From an uncultured virus (IMG/VR IMGVR_UViG_3300043449_002525) (taxonomy: Duplodnaviria > Heunggongvirae > Uroviricota > Caudoviricetes), in IMG/VR virus record IMGVR_UViG_3300043449_002525: a DNA stretch of 60,561 bases, one strand, 5' to 3'. The stretch's first letter is position 1. The number at the start of each line of letters is the position of its first letter. The position numbers and the translations under genes are program-made. Under the pieces are notes generated by a model. It was not told the DNA's origin and did not search any database. It was given only the letters and a program-made list of their open reading frames with translations. Of this stretch, positions 26,519-35,663 are shown piece after piece.

Positions 26519-26854
26519 GTGAGCTTTGGATTTAAACTTCCCTTCCGCGAGGAGGGGCTTCCCGTCAAGGTCGACCAGAGCACATGGGCGCACTTCGACG
26601 ATGGCAGAAAGCTGAGGAAGACATACGAGTTTGTCAAGTTCAGAGCTTTCCACTCCTTTGTCTCAGAGTTGCTCGTCAAGGCACGACAGATGCACCACGA
26701 GCCGCACATCGAGCTCGAGGGGCTGAAGGTCACGATCACGCTGCAGACCCGTGTGATCGACGATGTGTCAGAGCAAGATCTCGTCCTGTCACGGTTCTGT
26801 GACGACCTCTACAACGACGTCCGTTACTACTACGGCACTGATAAGGTCGCCTGA
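26519..26854 (+). CDS. Pterin-4-alpha-carbinolamine dehydratase-like protein
   Basis: LRKTYEF...HHEPHI...VTITLQT...VSEQDL; SD AGGAGG. Confidence 0.8.
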   Translation: MSFGFKLPFREEGLPVKVDQSTWAHFDDGRKLRKTYEFVKFRAFHSFVSELLVKARQMHHEPHIELEGLKVTITLQTRVIDDVSEQDLVLSRFCDDLYNDVRYYYGTDKVA

Positions 26855-27219
26855 TGCTACTAATGAGTGACGATCTGACAGATCGAATAATTTTGGCACA
26901 CGACGAAGATGATGACGGTCAAGTCGACACCATCACGTCTGTTGACGTCACATTCCACCTCGACGGTTCACAAATCACCATTCCGCTCAAGAAGATGAGT
27001 TTCTCGACCGATGAGATCACATTGTCCTTCACAGCAGTACCTGCTCTACCCGTCATGATGCACCAGCATGTGGGTGCCGTGAAGTGCGTCGTCACTGCAG
27101 GTCACCACAAGTTAGATTTTGACCTGAAAAACTGTGCAGTCACGTGGGATAATACGGAAGGAAAGCAACTTTGCACGATAGTTAATAGATTAGAGCAGCA
27201 TGCTAGGAGATCTGAATGA
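26854..27219 (+). CDS. Hypothetical protein
   Basis: 121-aa ORF with TGATG coupling. Confidence 0.65.
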   Translation: MLLMSDDLTDRIILAHDEDDDGQVDTITSVDVTFHLDGSQITIPLKKMSFSTDEITLSFTAVPALPVMMHQHVGAVKCVVTAGHHKLDFDLKNCAVTWDNTEGKQLCTIVNRLEQHARRSE

Positions 27220-27389
27220 GCCAAGAGTTCGACTTCAGTAAGTTTATGGAAGACATCGTTGAGCGCGAGGAGCACCAAGCCGAGCGCGTCGTTGAGTGGC
27301 AGCGCGACCAGGATCAACATCCTGCCCGCATCTACAACAAGCTCTACCGAGAGCTTCCCCAGAACCGCACAAAGTGGGGCGGACGATGA
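27216..27389 (+). CDS. Small hypothetical protein (57 aa, MSQEFDFSKFMEDIVERE...), not in ORF track
   Basis: SD AGGAGA, ATGA overlaps on both sides, GATAGTTA at 27177. Confidence 0.7.
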   Translation: MSQEFDFSKFMEDIVEREEHQAERVVEWQRDQDQHPARIYNKLYRELPQNRTKWGGR

Positions 27390-28114
27390 GCACGATCAAG
27401 ATCAAGAACGCCAGCCAGTTGGCGCAGTTTCTGAAGGTGCTCGCTGAGGAGAGCGTCACCACGGCGCAGGTCGACATCGACGATGAGCGTCGCCGGCAGA
27501 AGAGCGCTGCAAGCGCCGCCAAACGTGATCTGGGACGCTTCATGCAGGAAGAGGACGCGCCCGGAGCAGCACCCGCTGCGGCACCCACCCCTGAGCCGCC
27601 CGCCGACCTCGCTGCTGATCCCACCATGGCTGCTCCACCCAAGGAGAAGGCGGCACCCGCACCAGCACCCACCCCTGGTGAGGAGGATCCACTTGAGCCC
27701 TCCTTCGACGCGATGACACGCGCGATCCTCGACCTCCGCAGCGGCAAGTCAGTGCGGGACAGTGCGATCGAGACGGAGCTTGAGGCCTACTACGACCGCC
27801 TCCAGGACGCTGAACGTTACGCGATGATCATCTTCCTCCGTGCCCTGTCTGGCATCGTCACAGGCAAGATGACAGGTGCCCAGGCAGCTGAGCCCGGTGA
27901 TGAGCCCCACGGCATCACCATCAGCCGTGCAGGTGAGGAAGAGGCTGCACCCGAGGCACCACCCGCTGAGGAGCCTGCAGCAGGTGCGGCACCCCCAGCA
28001 GCACCCGCAGCTCCCGAGGAGCCACCGGCACCAGCCGGCCCAATCCAGGTGGGCAGCCCAGTCACCGAAGCATTCCGTGAGCGGATCAGGCAGCTGATCA
28101 GAGCCAACAAGTAA
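27386..28114 (+). CDS. Ala/Pro/Glu-rich hypothetical protein
   Basis: Likely start MSTIKIKN at 27386; C-terminal TEAFRERIRQLIR helix. Confidence 0.7.
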   Translation: MSTIKIKNASQLAQFLKVLAEESVTTAQVDIDDERRRQKSAASAAKRDLGRFMQEEDAPGAAPAAAPTPEPPADLAADPTMAAPPKEKAAPAPAPTPGEEDPLEPSFDAMTRAILDLRSGKSVRDSAIETELEAYYDRLQDAERYAMIIFLRALSGIVTGKMTGAQAAEPGDEPHGITISRAGEEEAAPEAPPAEEPAAGAAPPAAPAAPEEPPAPAGPIQVGSPVTEAFRERIRQLIRANK

Positions 28115-28118
28115 GCTC

Positions 28119-28334
28119 ATGCCCCGGCGCCCCGAGCACTACGGTTCGATCCAGTACCTCGAGGAGATGGATAAGATCCTCAGGACGCTGGATGAGCTGC
28201 GTCACTGCATGGGACGGGATGAGCGTAAAGAGAGGTATACAGTGTCGAGAGCGATGGACAGCATCAGGCACCTGCGTGGGAAGGCGAAGCGCCACGGCGT
28301 GCGGTTGGGCTTGATCGCTGAGGAGGATGTGTGA
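28119..28334 (+). CDS. Hypothetical protein
   Basis: 71-aa ORF. Confidence 0.6.
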   Translation: MPRRPEHYGSIQYLEEMDKILRTLDELRHCMGRDERKERYTVSRAMDSIRHLRGKAKRHGVRLGLIAEEDV

Positions 28335-29125
28335 GAAGAGCATTGACAGAGCAAGCAGTCCTCAGAGCAGTCATCCGAGAGATCATCAGTGAAGCACCCT
28401 ACCAGAGTTCCCAGCGTGTGCAGCTTGGGCAGGTGCGTTTCAAGGGGCCCTCCCTTAAAGGGCTCCTCATTGCCACCGGGGTCGTAGGCTTGATCGGCCT
28501 CTACGACTGGATGGAGGACGCTTTCAACTGTGGTCAGGACAACAAGCGGTTCCCACTCGTCGACACACCCAAGCTGTTCGATGAAGCTAAACGTGCTGGC
28601 ACGTGGAGCGGAGCTACTCAGGACGCTTACAAGACGCAGTTCGATCTAAACACACCCGACGCCGACGGCAAACCCGCTGCTGACATCACTCGAGCCTTCG
28701 AGCTCTACTCGTCTGTCGTCGACGCTGGGGGTGCAGTGGCGGCGTGGCCCAGCAGCACTAAGGAATATGCCGGGCTCACCGCGGACGGAGCCAAGAAAAA
28801 GGTCGCCGACGCGCTTGTGAAGACGCTGAGCATCTACTCCAACTGCCCGGAAGATATTCTAAGGGTGAAGCTCTACGGGGCAGATTACGCGACCACCGAC
28901 TATGCTAAACCGCCCGTTGAACTACAGACACGAGACGGTTACATCAAACTTCTCCGCGACGTCGTCGATAACACACACGACACCTGGGTCGAGGGTATCA
29001 CGGAGCAGAGAGACGCACTCTCAATAAGATTTGGCAGTGAAAGTAAAACAGTGAAAGATGATTTTGATAGGGCGCTGAAGACAGAGGACGCTCAATACAA
29101 GCAAGTTGTACCGAAAATCAAGTAG
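28331..29125 (+). CDS. Hypothetical protein with virion-type leader and one hydrophobic helix
   Basis: LTEQAVLRAVIREIISEA; GLLIATGVVGLIGLY; SD GAGGAGG. Confidence 0.7.
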   Translation: MRRALTEQAVLRAVIREIISEAPYQSSQRVQLGQVRFKGPSLKGLLIATGVVGLIGLYDWMEDAFNCGQDNKRFPLVDTPKLFDEAKRAGTWSGATQDAYKTQFDLNTPDADGKPAADITRAFELYSSVVDAGGAVAAWPSSTKEYAGLTADGAKKKVADALVKTLSIYSNCPEDILRVKLYGADYATTDYAKPPVELQTRDGYIKLLRDVVDNTHDTWVEGITEQRDALSIRFGSESKTVKDDFDRALKTEDAQYKQVVPKIK

Positions 29126-29194
29126 CATAATGATGATGGTGAAGTTTAATCTTCTGCGTGCATGTGTAGATTTGTCTACATAAGAGGTTTAAAT

Positions 29195-29560
29195 ATGTCA
29201 TCAAGCAGCAAGAACTGGCTACCAGAGATCGTCTACGAGGAGATGGAGGGCGGTGGCTCCTCCAAGATCCCATTCATCCACGTCCCTGACGACGTCGAGG
29301 ACCCACCCCTCCTCTTCATCTTCCTGACACGAAAGACAGGCGAGGTGGAGCCCGGTCCCGAGGGTGAGGAAGTGCCCGTCGTCGACATGACCCTTCACCA
29401 GTTCGTCGACATGCAGCGTCTTCAGGAGCGATTGACACCTGACATCTTTGATCAGGTGCGTGCTGCTGTGGGCCTTGAGCCAAGGGCTGACGCTGCAAGG
29501 AAGGGCAAGGGCATCACGTCAAATATCAGAGCACGTGTGGAAAGTTCCCAAGCTGAGTGA
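29195..29560 (+). CDS. Hypothetical protein
   Basis: SD AGAGG before ATG 29195 (MSSSSKNWLPEI). Confidence 0.7.
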   Translation: MSSSSKNWLPEIVYEEMEGGGSSKIPFIHVPDDVEDPPLLFIFLTRKTGEVEPGPEGEEVPVVDMTLHQFVDMQRLQERLTPDIFDQVRAAVGLEPRADAARKGKGITSNIRARVESSQAE

Positions 29561-29579
29561 TAGATAATCTCAGAGGATA

Positions 29580-29939
29580 ATGACCATGTTCGATATCAAC
29601 CGCATCTGCCAGCTCGCCGGTCTTGAGGCACCTGCTGGTTCCAACGTCATCCGCGAGGGACGCGCCGCCGCCGCACGTAAGCCACTTCGTGAGTCAGCTG
29701 ACAAGCAGCTCGACGTCGTCTACGAGATCGACGACCGTGAGCTCATGGCTGAGGCAAAGCGCGCCGAGAAGAACCTCGTCGAGCACGACTTCCGCATGGC
29801 AGTCCGTGAGGAGATCGGCCAGATCCTGAACGGCCTCGAGCACGGCAGCCGCTGGATCTACGGCACGAAGGAGAACCAGCCCCGCAACAGCAAGATGGGC
29901 CAGATCACCCGCGGCGGCCTCGGCATCGGCTTCAAGTAA
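29580..29939 (+). CDS. Hypothetical, probable virion protein
   Basis: INRICQLAGL, IREG, LRES, FRMAVREEI; GATAGATA motif at 29559; strong codon bias. Confidence 0.7.
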   Translation: MTMFDINRICQLAGLEAPAGSNVIREGRAAAARKPLRESADKQLDVVYEIDDRELMAEAKRAEKNLVEHDFRMAVREEIGQILNGLEHGSRWIYGTKENQPRNSKMGQITRGGLGIGFK

Positions 29940-29951
29940 GATCATTCTTCT

Positions 29952-29980
29952 TTGAACAAATTTGACCGACTTCGTATTAT
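29952..29980 (+). promoter_or_regulatory. Sigma70-type promoter, leaderless
   Basis: TTGAAC-17bp-TATTAT; ATG 6 nt downstream. Confidence 0.65.
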
Positions 29981-29986
29981 GCGTTT

Positions 29987-30301
29987 ATGCAGAACTACGA
30001 AGTCGGTCAAATTGTCTATCTACTCGTCAAGGGCGAGATGAAGGTCATTCCCACTCGGGTGGTCGAGGCGATCACCCGGAAGACACTTGAGGGAGTGGCA
30101 ACTACCTACATGGTCCAGCTGCCGGACAAGGACAGGTCAGTCATGGATCTAACAGAGCTTGACGCTGAGCCCTACAACGACCTGAACAGGGTGCGTGAGG
30201 TAATGTTGGAGCGAGTCACTGCGTCCATTGAGGGAACAATCAAGCGCTCAGAAGCCCTGGCTCGTGCTCTGATGGGCAACACGCAGAGCGACGCCGCCTG
30301 A
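29987..30301 (+). CDS. Hypothetical protein (SH3-like N-terminus YEVGQIVY)
   Basis: 104-aa ORF. Confidence 0.7.
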   Translation: MQNYEVGQIVYLLVKGEMKVIPTRVVEAITRKTLEGVATTYMVQLPDKDRSVMDLTELDAEPYNDLNRVREVMLERVTASIEGTIKRSEALARALMGNTQSDAA

Positions 30302-30332
30302 CCCGTGCGCGCTCACACAACTGTGGTATGAT
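30302..30332 (+). promoter_or_regulatory. CCCGTG-type promoter with extended -10
   Basis: CCCGTGCGC...TGTGG-TATGAT. Confidence 0.6.
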
Positions 30333-30348
30333 GGCTGCAGGAGATACG

Positions 30349-31164
30349 ATGCGACACCTTCTTCTCGACGGCTACAACCTCATGCACCGTGCACGCTTCG
30401 GCATGCGTAACGGTGACCACTACGTCATCTTCAACTTCTTCCGGTCGCTTCGCCCACTGGTCGAGCAGTTTGCACCCTGCAAGGTGACGCTCTTCCTGGA
30501 GGGTGTCCCACAGCACCGGATCAACTTGGACGGCGAGTACAAGGCAAACCGCATCGCCGAGCCAGGCACGAAGCAGCACGCTGAGTTGGCCGAGTTCCGT
30601 AAGCAGAAGCGGGTGATCCTGGAGCTCCTCCAGCACCTGCCTGTGGATCTTGTCAAGCACGACCACCTCGAGTGCGACGACGCGATCGGCAGTTGGGTGC
30701 AGGCCCACCGTGACACGGATGAGTGCGTCGTTGTCTCAACTGACACTGACTTCATCCAGCTGCTGGGGCACCCGAACGTCAAGCTCTACAACCCAGTGCG
30801 TAAGGCCTTCGTCGATCCGGCTCCCCACGACTACGTCCTCTGGAAGGCACTTCGTGGCGACAAGACCGATAACATCCCGGCGCTTCCTGGCATCACGGAC
30901 GGCAAGGCGACCAAGATCTGTGCCGACGAGCGCCTCCTAAAAAATCTACGGGATGACCCAGAGATGGCGCCGTTGCTCGAGCGCAACCTTACCTTGGTTG
31001 CCTTCAAGTACACACCCCTCGATGATCCTGGTTACAACAGGGTGTCACCGACGGTGGATTACGATGCGCTCAAGCAGGCTTTCACCGATCTTGGCTTCTA
31101 CTCCATCGTCAACACGACCTCGTGGCCCAAGTACTGCAAGACGTTCGACTCCGTATACAAATAG
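30349..31164 (+). CDS. 5'-3' exonuclease / flap endonuclease (Pol I 5'-exo, T4 RNase H-like)
   Basis: LLDGYNL, YKANR, ECDDAI, STDTDFIQL, LRGDKTDNIP. Confidence 0.9.
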   Translation: MRHLLLDGYNLMHRARFGMRNGDHYVIFNFFRSLRPLVEQFAPCKVTLFLEGVPQHRINLDGEYKANRIAEPGTKQHAELAEFRKQKRVILELLQHLPVDLVKHDHLECDDAIGSWVQAHRDTDECVVVSTDTDFIQLLGHPNVKLYNPVRKAFVDPAPHDYVLWKALRGDKTDNIPALPGITDGKATKICADERLLKNLRDDPEMAPLLERNLTLVAFKYTPLDDPGYNRVSPTVDYDALKQAFTDLGFYSIVNTTSWPKYCKTFDSVYK

Positions 31165-31187
31165 CATACGGTGATTACTTTTAGGGT

Positions 31188-31376
31188 ATGAATGCACTAC
31201 CCGACGATAAGCAGAAGTTACTGAGAGAGAACGGCCTAATGAGGGAAAACGAGGTTGCGTATGCAGCCGGTGACCTCTTAGTCGTTGAGAATGTCATCAC
31301 CCGCGAGCGCCGGACACTGCAAGTTGCGACCGTCCAGCCCCTCTTCGAGAGCTCCAAGCGCCTGTTGAGAGGTTGA
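31188..31376 (+). CDS. Small hypothetical protein
   Basis: 62-aa ORF ending ESSKRLLRG. Confidence 0.65.
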   Translation: MNALPDDKQKLLRENGLMRENEVAYAAGDLLVVENVITRERRTLQVATVQPLFESSKRLLRG

Positions 31377-31377
31377 G

Positions 31378-32973
31378 ATGGAAGAGACAGACAAGTTAGT
31401 CGTCTTTGATGCAGCTGCTCGTGAGAAGCTCCTCGCGGGTGTCAATACTTTGGCTGATGCTGTTCGTGTGACGATGGGCCCTCGAGGTCGCAACGTCCTG
31501 ATCGAGCAGCGCGGTCAACACCCGATCGTCACCAAGGACGGTGTCACTGTCGCGAAGTCGATCAATCTCCGCGACAAGCTGCAGAACTTGGGCGCGCAGA
31601 TGATCAAGGAGGCAGCGTCCCGTTCAGCTGACGAAGCAGGGGACGGCACAACCACGGCAACTGTCCTCACGCAGGCGATCTTCAGCGAAGGCCTAAAGCT
31701 CGTTCTAGCAGGCTACCCATCGACTGACATCAAGGCGGGTATCGACCAAGCAGTCGAGCAGATCATCAGTAAGATTGACCAGATCGCTGTGCCTGCGGGA
31801 TCACCAGAGGTACTGCGTCGTGTTGCAGTCATCTCAGCCAACGGCGAAGAGAGCCTGGGCGAGCTGATTGAGAATGCCATCAGGACAGTGGGTGAGGACG
31901 GTGTCGTCACAGTCGAGGAAGCAAAGGGCTACAACAGCAGCTTGACAGTTGTTGACGGTACCCGCATAGACCGCGGATACACATCACCCTACTTCGTCAC
32001 TGATCAAGATCGGATGGTGTGTGAGATGGAGAAGCCTGCTGTGCTCCTCCTGAATAGACGGATTGAGACGATCAAGGACATTGTGGGCCTCCTCGAGAAG
32101 AGCCTGGCCAACAAGCGCCCACTCCTCATCATCGCAGACGACATCGACGGCGAAGCAATGCAGACACTCGTCCTTAACAGAGTGCGTGGTGCATTGAGCG
32201 TTTGTGCCATCAGAGCTCCTGGAGCTGGCGCAGGTCGATATGATCAGATGCAGGATCTTGCTGTCCTGCTCGGCACTCGTGTCTTCTCTGCTGCTGATGC
32301 TGAGGATCTGTCAAAGGTGCAGCTCACAGAGTTGGGCACATGCAACAAGGCGCTGATCGGTCGCACCGAGACAGTTCTAGTAGGCGCCAATGCTGACAGA
32401 GATCGGGTAGGTGAACGCCTCGACGAGATCCGGAAGCAGTATGCAGAGGCGATCGATGAGGGTGAGCGGCTGCAGACAAAGCAGCGTCTTGCCCGCCTAT
32501 CAGGTGGCGTTGCCATCCTCCGTGTTGGCGGTGCCACCGAGGCGGAGCTTAAGGAACGTAAGGATCGCGCCGATGATGCTCTGCACGCTGTGCAAGCTGC
32601 CATGAAGGAGGGCGTGGTTCCCGGTGGTGGAACAACACTCGTCAGAGCAGCCAACGATGTCCCGCTTCCTGCTGGTGACTTCACACCTGTTCAGGCGGGC
32701 TTTCAGGTTGTCAAGACAGCATGCCGTGCACCGTTCAGGCAGATCGTCACAAATAGCGGGGGAACACCCGAGATTGTGCTCAACCACTTGAACACGTTAA
32801 GCAGCACACACGTCTACGATGCCTTCCACGGCACTTACGGAGAGATGCTCGAGCTTGGGATTGTTGATCCCGCGCGGGTCGTCAAGTGCGCTCTGAGAAA
32901 TGCCGCCTCAGCAGCGGGAATGATGCTCACTGTAGGGTGCGCTCTCGTTGAGGATGAAGCGCCTGCAACGTGA
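31378..32973 (+). CDS. groEL: Chaperonin GroEL (phage-type, divergent)
   Basis: TMGPRGRNV, TKDGVTVAK, AGDGTTTAT, GVVPGGG, GIVDP; no C-terminal GGM tail. Confidence 0.95.
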   Translation: MEETDKLVVFDAAAREKLLAGVNTLADAVRVTMGPRGRNVLIEQRGQHPIVTKDGVTVAKSINLRDKLQNLGAQMIKEAASRSADEAGDGTTTATVLTQAIFSEGLKLVLAGYPSTDIKAGIDQAVEQIISKIDQIAVPAGSPEVLRRVAVISANGEESLGELIENAIRTVGEDGVVTVEEAKGYNSSLTVVDGTRIDRGYTSPYFVTDQDRMVCEMEKPAVLLLNRRIETIKDIVGLLEKSLANKRPLLIIADDIDGEAMQTLVLNRVRGALSVCAIRAPGAGAGRYDQMQDLAVLLGTRVFSAADAEDLSKVQLTELGTCNKALIGRTETVLVGANADRDRVGERLDEIRKQYAEAIDEGERLQTKQRLARLSGGVAILRVGGATEAELKERKDRADDALHAVQAAMKEGVVPGGGTTLVRAANDVPLPAGDFTPVQAGFQVVKTACRAPFRQIVTNSGGTPEIVLNHLNTLSSTHVYDAFHGTYGEMLELGIVDPARVVKCALRNAASAAGMMLTVGCALVEDEAPAT

Positions 32974-32997
32974 TAAGTATTCAAGCGGAGTCGTAGT

Positions 32998-33342
32998 ATG
33001 CGCTTGCTGAATGAGGAGAATAAGCATCTCACGTCCAAGATGATCAAGGTCACCTTGTCTGTGAAGATGAACCAGGACGCTCACGTTCCTGACACTATGA
33101 CACGTATCCGCGTCCTTCCGACAGTTGCCGTTGTGGGTCAATCGGATCGTGTTGAGCGCTCCTCAGCGGGTGGAACGGTCATGGACATCTACGTCAAGTT
33201 CCTGCCTAATCCAGGCAGCCTCTTCTACAATCTGATGACGCTCTGCAAGCTGATCAAGTCACTGCCTGGCGTCCGCGTCGTCCGCGTCGCTGCCGTTGGA
33301 AACCGCCCCGTGATCTTCAAGGGACGCCCGATCGTTGTATGA
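32998..33342 (+). CDS. Hypothetical protein
   Basis: 114-aa ORF; GATAAGTA motif at 32972. Confidence 0.7.
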   Translation: MRLLNEENKHLTSKMIKVTLSVKMNQDAHVPDTMTRIRVLPTVAVVGQSDRVERSSAGGTVMDIYVKFLPNPGSLFYNLMTLCKLIKSLPGVRVVRVAAVGNRPVIFKGRPIVV

Positions 33343-33545
33343 TGAACATCGTCGCAGGATATCAGACTGATCTGGAGATGGCTTTAAATTGGCTGCGTCT
33401 CAAGAAAGCACTGCAAGATGTCAGTGAGCAGAGAAAGGAAGGCAACTTGTACATTGCCACCATACGCACTAAGATGAATAGGTCAGAAGTGCAAAAACTC
33501 CTCACGGATCGCTTCGGGCACTACGTCAAAGTCGCACCTCGTTAG
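33339..33545 (+). CDS. Hypothetical protein
   Basis: 68-aa ORF with ATGA coupling. Confidence 0.6.
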   Translation: MMNIVAGYQTDLEMALNWLRLKKALQDVSEQRKEGNLYIATIRTKMNRSEVQKLLTDRFGHYVKVAPR

Positions 33546-33588
33546 GTGCATATCATCAACAACAAGCTAGTATCAAGAGTAGTTAGAA

Positions 33589-33810
33589 ATGAACATCGGA
33601 ACAAGTGACGATCTCGCACGCATGGAGACGTCTGACCTCGAGCGACTTCAGAACATCCTGAAGGATCGTATCAACCAAGCACGTCGTCGTCGCGATGACA
33701 GCATTCCACTTGAGATTGATCTCACATATGTCCAGCGCGAGCTTACTGACAGGCAGCGCCGATCCGAGTGGGTGGCTCGCAACATTGTTGCAAAAAGTGA
33801 GCAAGAGTAG
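33589..33810 (+). CDS. Hypothetical protein
   Basis: 73-aa helical ORF. Confidence 0.65.
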   Translation: MNIGTSDDLARMETSDLERLQNILKDRINQARRRRDDSIPLEIDLTYVQRELTDRQRRSEWVARNIVAKSEQE

Positions 33811-33854
33811 TTTTCACCGGCAAAACGGTGTTTAAATCAAGCTCAGGAGGAAAC

Positions 33855-34217
33855 ATGGCATACACATTCTACAAGTACGACTACAACACACCCCACCCTG
33901 ACACGGCGCGTGCAAACATCCTAAGCAACGACAAGGGCATGACGATCGAACTTGAAGCACCAGGCTTCAGCCGTAGCGACATCACTGTCGAGACGAAGGG
34001 GTCAACACTGACAGTGACAGCAAAGCGCACTGACGCTCCCGAAGAGAAGTATCGCATTCAGGAGTTTAACGCACACCACTTGACACGGTCGTGGACACTT
34101 CCCAAGTCGATCGACGTTGACAAGATCGTTGCAGCGTACGATGCAGGCATCCTCACGTTGACGATGCCCTACCGCAGCGACTCCGTCTTCGAGACACGTC
34201 GCATCGAGATCGCCTGA
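33855..34217 (+). CDS. Small heat-shock protein (Hsp20/IbpA family)
   Basis: ELEAPGFSRSDI, RSWTLP, AAYDAGILTLTMP; SD AGGAGG. Confidence 0.9.
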   Translation: MAYTFYKYDYNTPHPDTARANILSNDKGMTIELEAPGFSRSDITVETKGSTLTVTAKRTDAPEEKYRIQEFNAHHLTRSWTLPKSIDVDKIVAAYDAGILTLTMPYRSDSVFETRRIEIA

Positions 34218-34226
34218 TCTCACTCT

Positions 34227-34255
34227 AAGGGCGCCCTTCTATGGGCGCCCTTTTT
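34227..34255 (+). terminator. Intrinsic terminator
   Basis: AAGGGCGCCC-TTCTAT-GGGCGCCCTT followed by TTT. Confidence 0.9.
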
Positions 34256-34258
34256 GTG

Positions 34259-34289
34259 CCCGTGCGGGCCCAGCGCAACATGGTATAAT
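34259..34289 (+). promoter_or_regulatory. CCCGTG-type promoter for the sigma gene
   Basis: CCCGTGCGG...TGG-TATAAT. Confidence 0.65.
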
Positions 34290-34314
34290 AAAGACAGGAG
34301 GCAAGGAAGCAAGA

Positions 34315-35049
34315 ATGAACGACTCACTCGACCAATACTTCAAGCAGATCGCAACTGGTAAGCTTCTCACACACGCAGAGGAGATCGAGCTCTCGCAACG
34401 GATTGAGGCAGGTGACAATGAGGCACGTCGGATCATGATCCAGTCGAACCTTCGTCTGGCGATCTCAATCGCCAAGAAGTACCAGCGGAGCGGCTGCAAC
34501 CTGGAGGATCTCATCCAGGAGTCGAACGTGGGCCTGATCAAGGCAGTAGATCGGTTCGACTGGCGTCGGGGTTTCAAGTTCAGCACCTACGCATCCTGGT
34601 GGATCAAGCAGGCCGTCCGTCGGCACGTGACTGACTCGATGTCTGACGTTCGGATGCCTTCTCACGCCGTGTCGCTGGCCTACAAGATCAGCAATTTCAT
34701 CCGCGACTACGAGAACGAGTTCAACAACAGGCCCACGAACACTGAAATCGCTGAGATGCTGGGTGTCTCTGAGGAGACGGTCAAGGAGTCGCTGTACAAC
34801 ACTGGGCTCACTTCGACGATCTCTCTTGACACTCCCGTAGGTGACGAGTCGGATCGCACACTGATGGAGACGATCGTCGACGACCGCGGGACGCACATCG
34901 ATGAGCTGCTCGATCGAGCTCGTGTCTTTGATGTGGTCAAGCAGTGCATGCATCTTCTCACTCCCCGCGAGGAGCAGGTACTTCGTCTTCGGTTCGGCAT
35001 CACTGATATCTCTGACATCGACGCACTTCCCAACACTCTTCAGGTTTGA
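34315..35049 (+). CDS. Sigma-70 family factor (regions 1.2-4.1), lacking the region 4.2 HTH
   Basis: DSLDQYFKQI, NLRLAISIAKKY, DLIQE, GFKFSTYASWWIKQA, ISLDTP, LTPREEQVLRLRFG, then a stop. Confidence 0.92.
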   Translation: MNDSLDQYFKQIATGKLLTHAEEIELSQRIEAGDNEARRIMIQSNLRLAISIAKKYQRSGCNLEDLIQESNVGLIKAVDRFDWRRGFKFSTYASWWIKQAVRRHVTDSMSDVRMPSHAVSLAYKISNFIRDYENEFNNRPTNTEIAEMLGVSEETVKESLYNTGLTSTISLDTPVGDESDRTLMETIVDDRGTHIDELLDRARVFDVVKQCMHLLTPREEQVLRLRFGITDISDIDALPNTLQV

Positions 35050-35066
35050 TAAGGAGCAGAAATAAA

Positions 35067-35342
35067 ATGGCTATGCCTATGGGTCACAAGTCCGAGAATG
35101 GTTACTCCACTGTCGCCGAGATCGACAACGGCCTGGGTTATCGTGAGATCGCGGAGGCAATGTCTTCTCGAGGTCACAAGATGAACCACTCGACCGCCCG
35201 CAATGTGCTCGTCTCGGCACTATCTAAGCTGGCGACCGGTGTCTGCAAGGCGTACGGCTCAGAGCCGTCGGAGGCCGAGATCAAGCGTGTCGCGTCAGAT
35301 CCGCGCTTCCAGGCAGGCCTCTATGAGATCCTGTATAAGTAA
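35067..35342 (+). CDS. Stand-alone HTH protein resembling sigma region 4.2
   Basis: LGYREIAEAM...MNHSTARNVLVSALSKL; own SD AAGGAG. Confidence 0.6.
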   Translation: MAMPMGHKSENGYSTVAEIDNGLGYREIAEAMSSRGHKMNHSTARNVLVSALSKLATGVCKAYGSEPSEAEIKRVASDPRFQAGLYEILYK

Positions 35343-35663
35343 ATGCCGGGAGAAGACATGGCAATTTCACTCAAGTTCTTTATGATCAAGCGTGGATTAA
35401 GTTTTGACAAGCTTGTAGAAAAGTCGGGTGCAAAGTCAGCCGAAGAGCTTGTCAAGTACGTGAGCGCACTCTCAGTGGGCGTTACAGCAAACGATGAAGC
35501 TGACGTGCGCAATTACTTTGCATCAATTAAAACCGCACCACCCGATCCGCCCGCATCCGCTGTAGAGCAGGTTGAGGCTGCACCAGACGACCTGGACACA
35601 GTCGCACAAGATGACAAACCCAAGCGCCGACGCTCAAAGAAGTCAGGCGGCTCTGATGTTTAG
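35343..35663 (+). CDS. Hypothetical protein
   Basis: 106-aa ORF (alternative start at 35358). Confidence 0.6.
   Translation: MPGEDMAISLKFFMIKRGLSFDKLVEKSGAKSAEELVKYVSALSVGVTANDEADVRNYFASIKTAPPDPPASAVEQVEAAPDDLDTVAQDDKPKRRRSKKSGGSDV

Noticed and set aside
31188..31376. ORF upstream of groEL as groES
   Set aside because: 62 aa and lacks the PLxDRV and mobile-loop GGI motifs of GroES.
35030..35070. Programmed frameshift joining the sigma to the downstream HTH
   Set aside because: No clear slippery heptamer, and the downstream ORF has its own SD and ATG, so two separate proteins is the simpler reading (not fully excluded).
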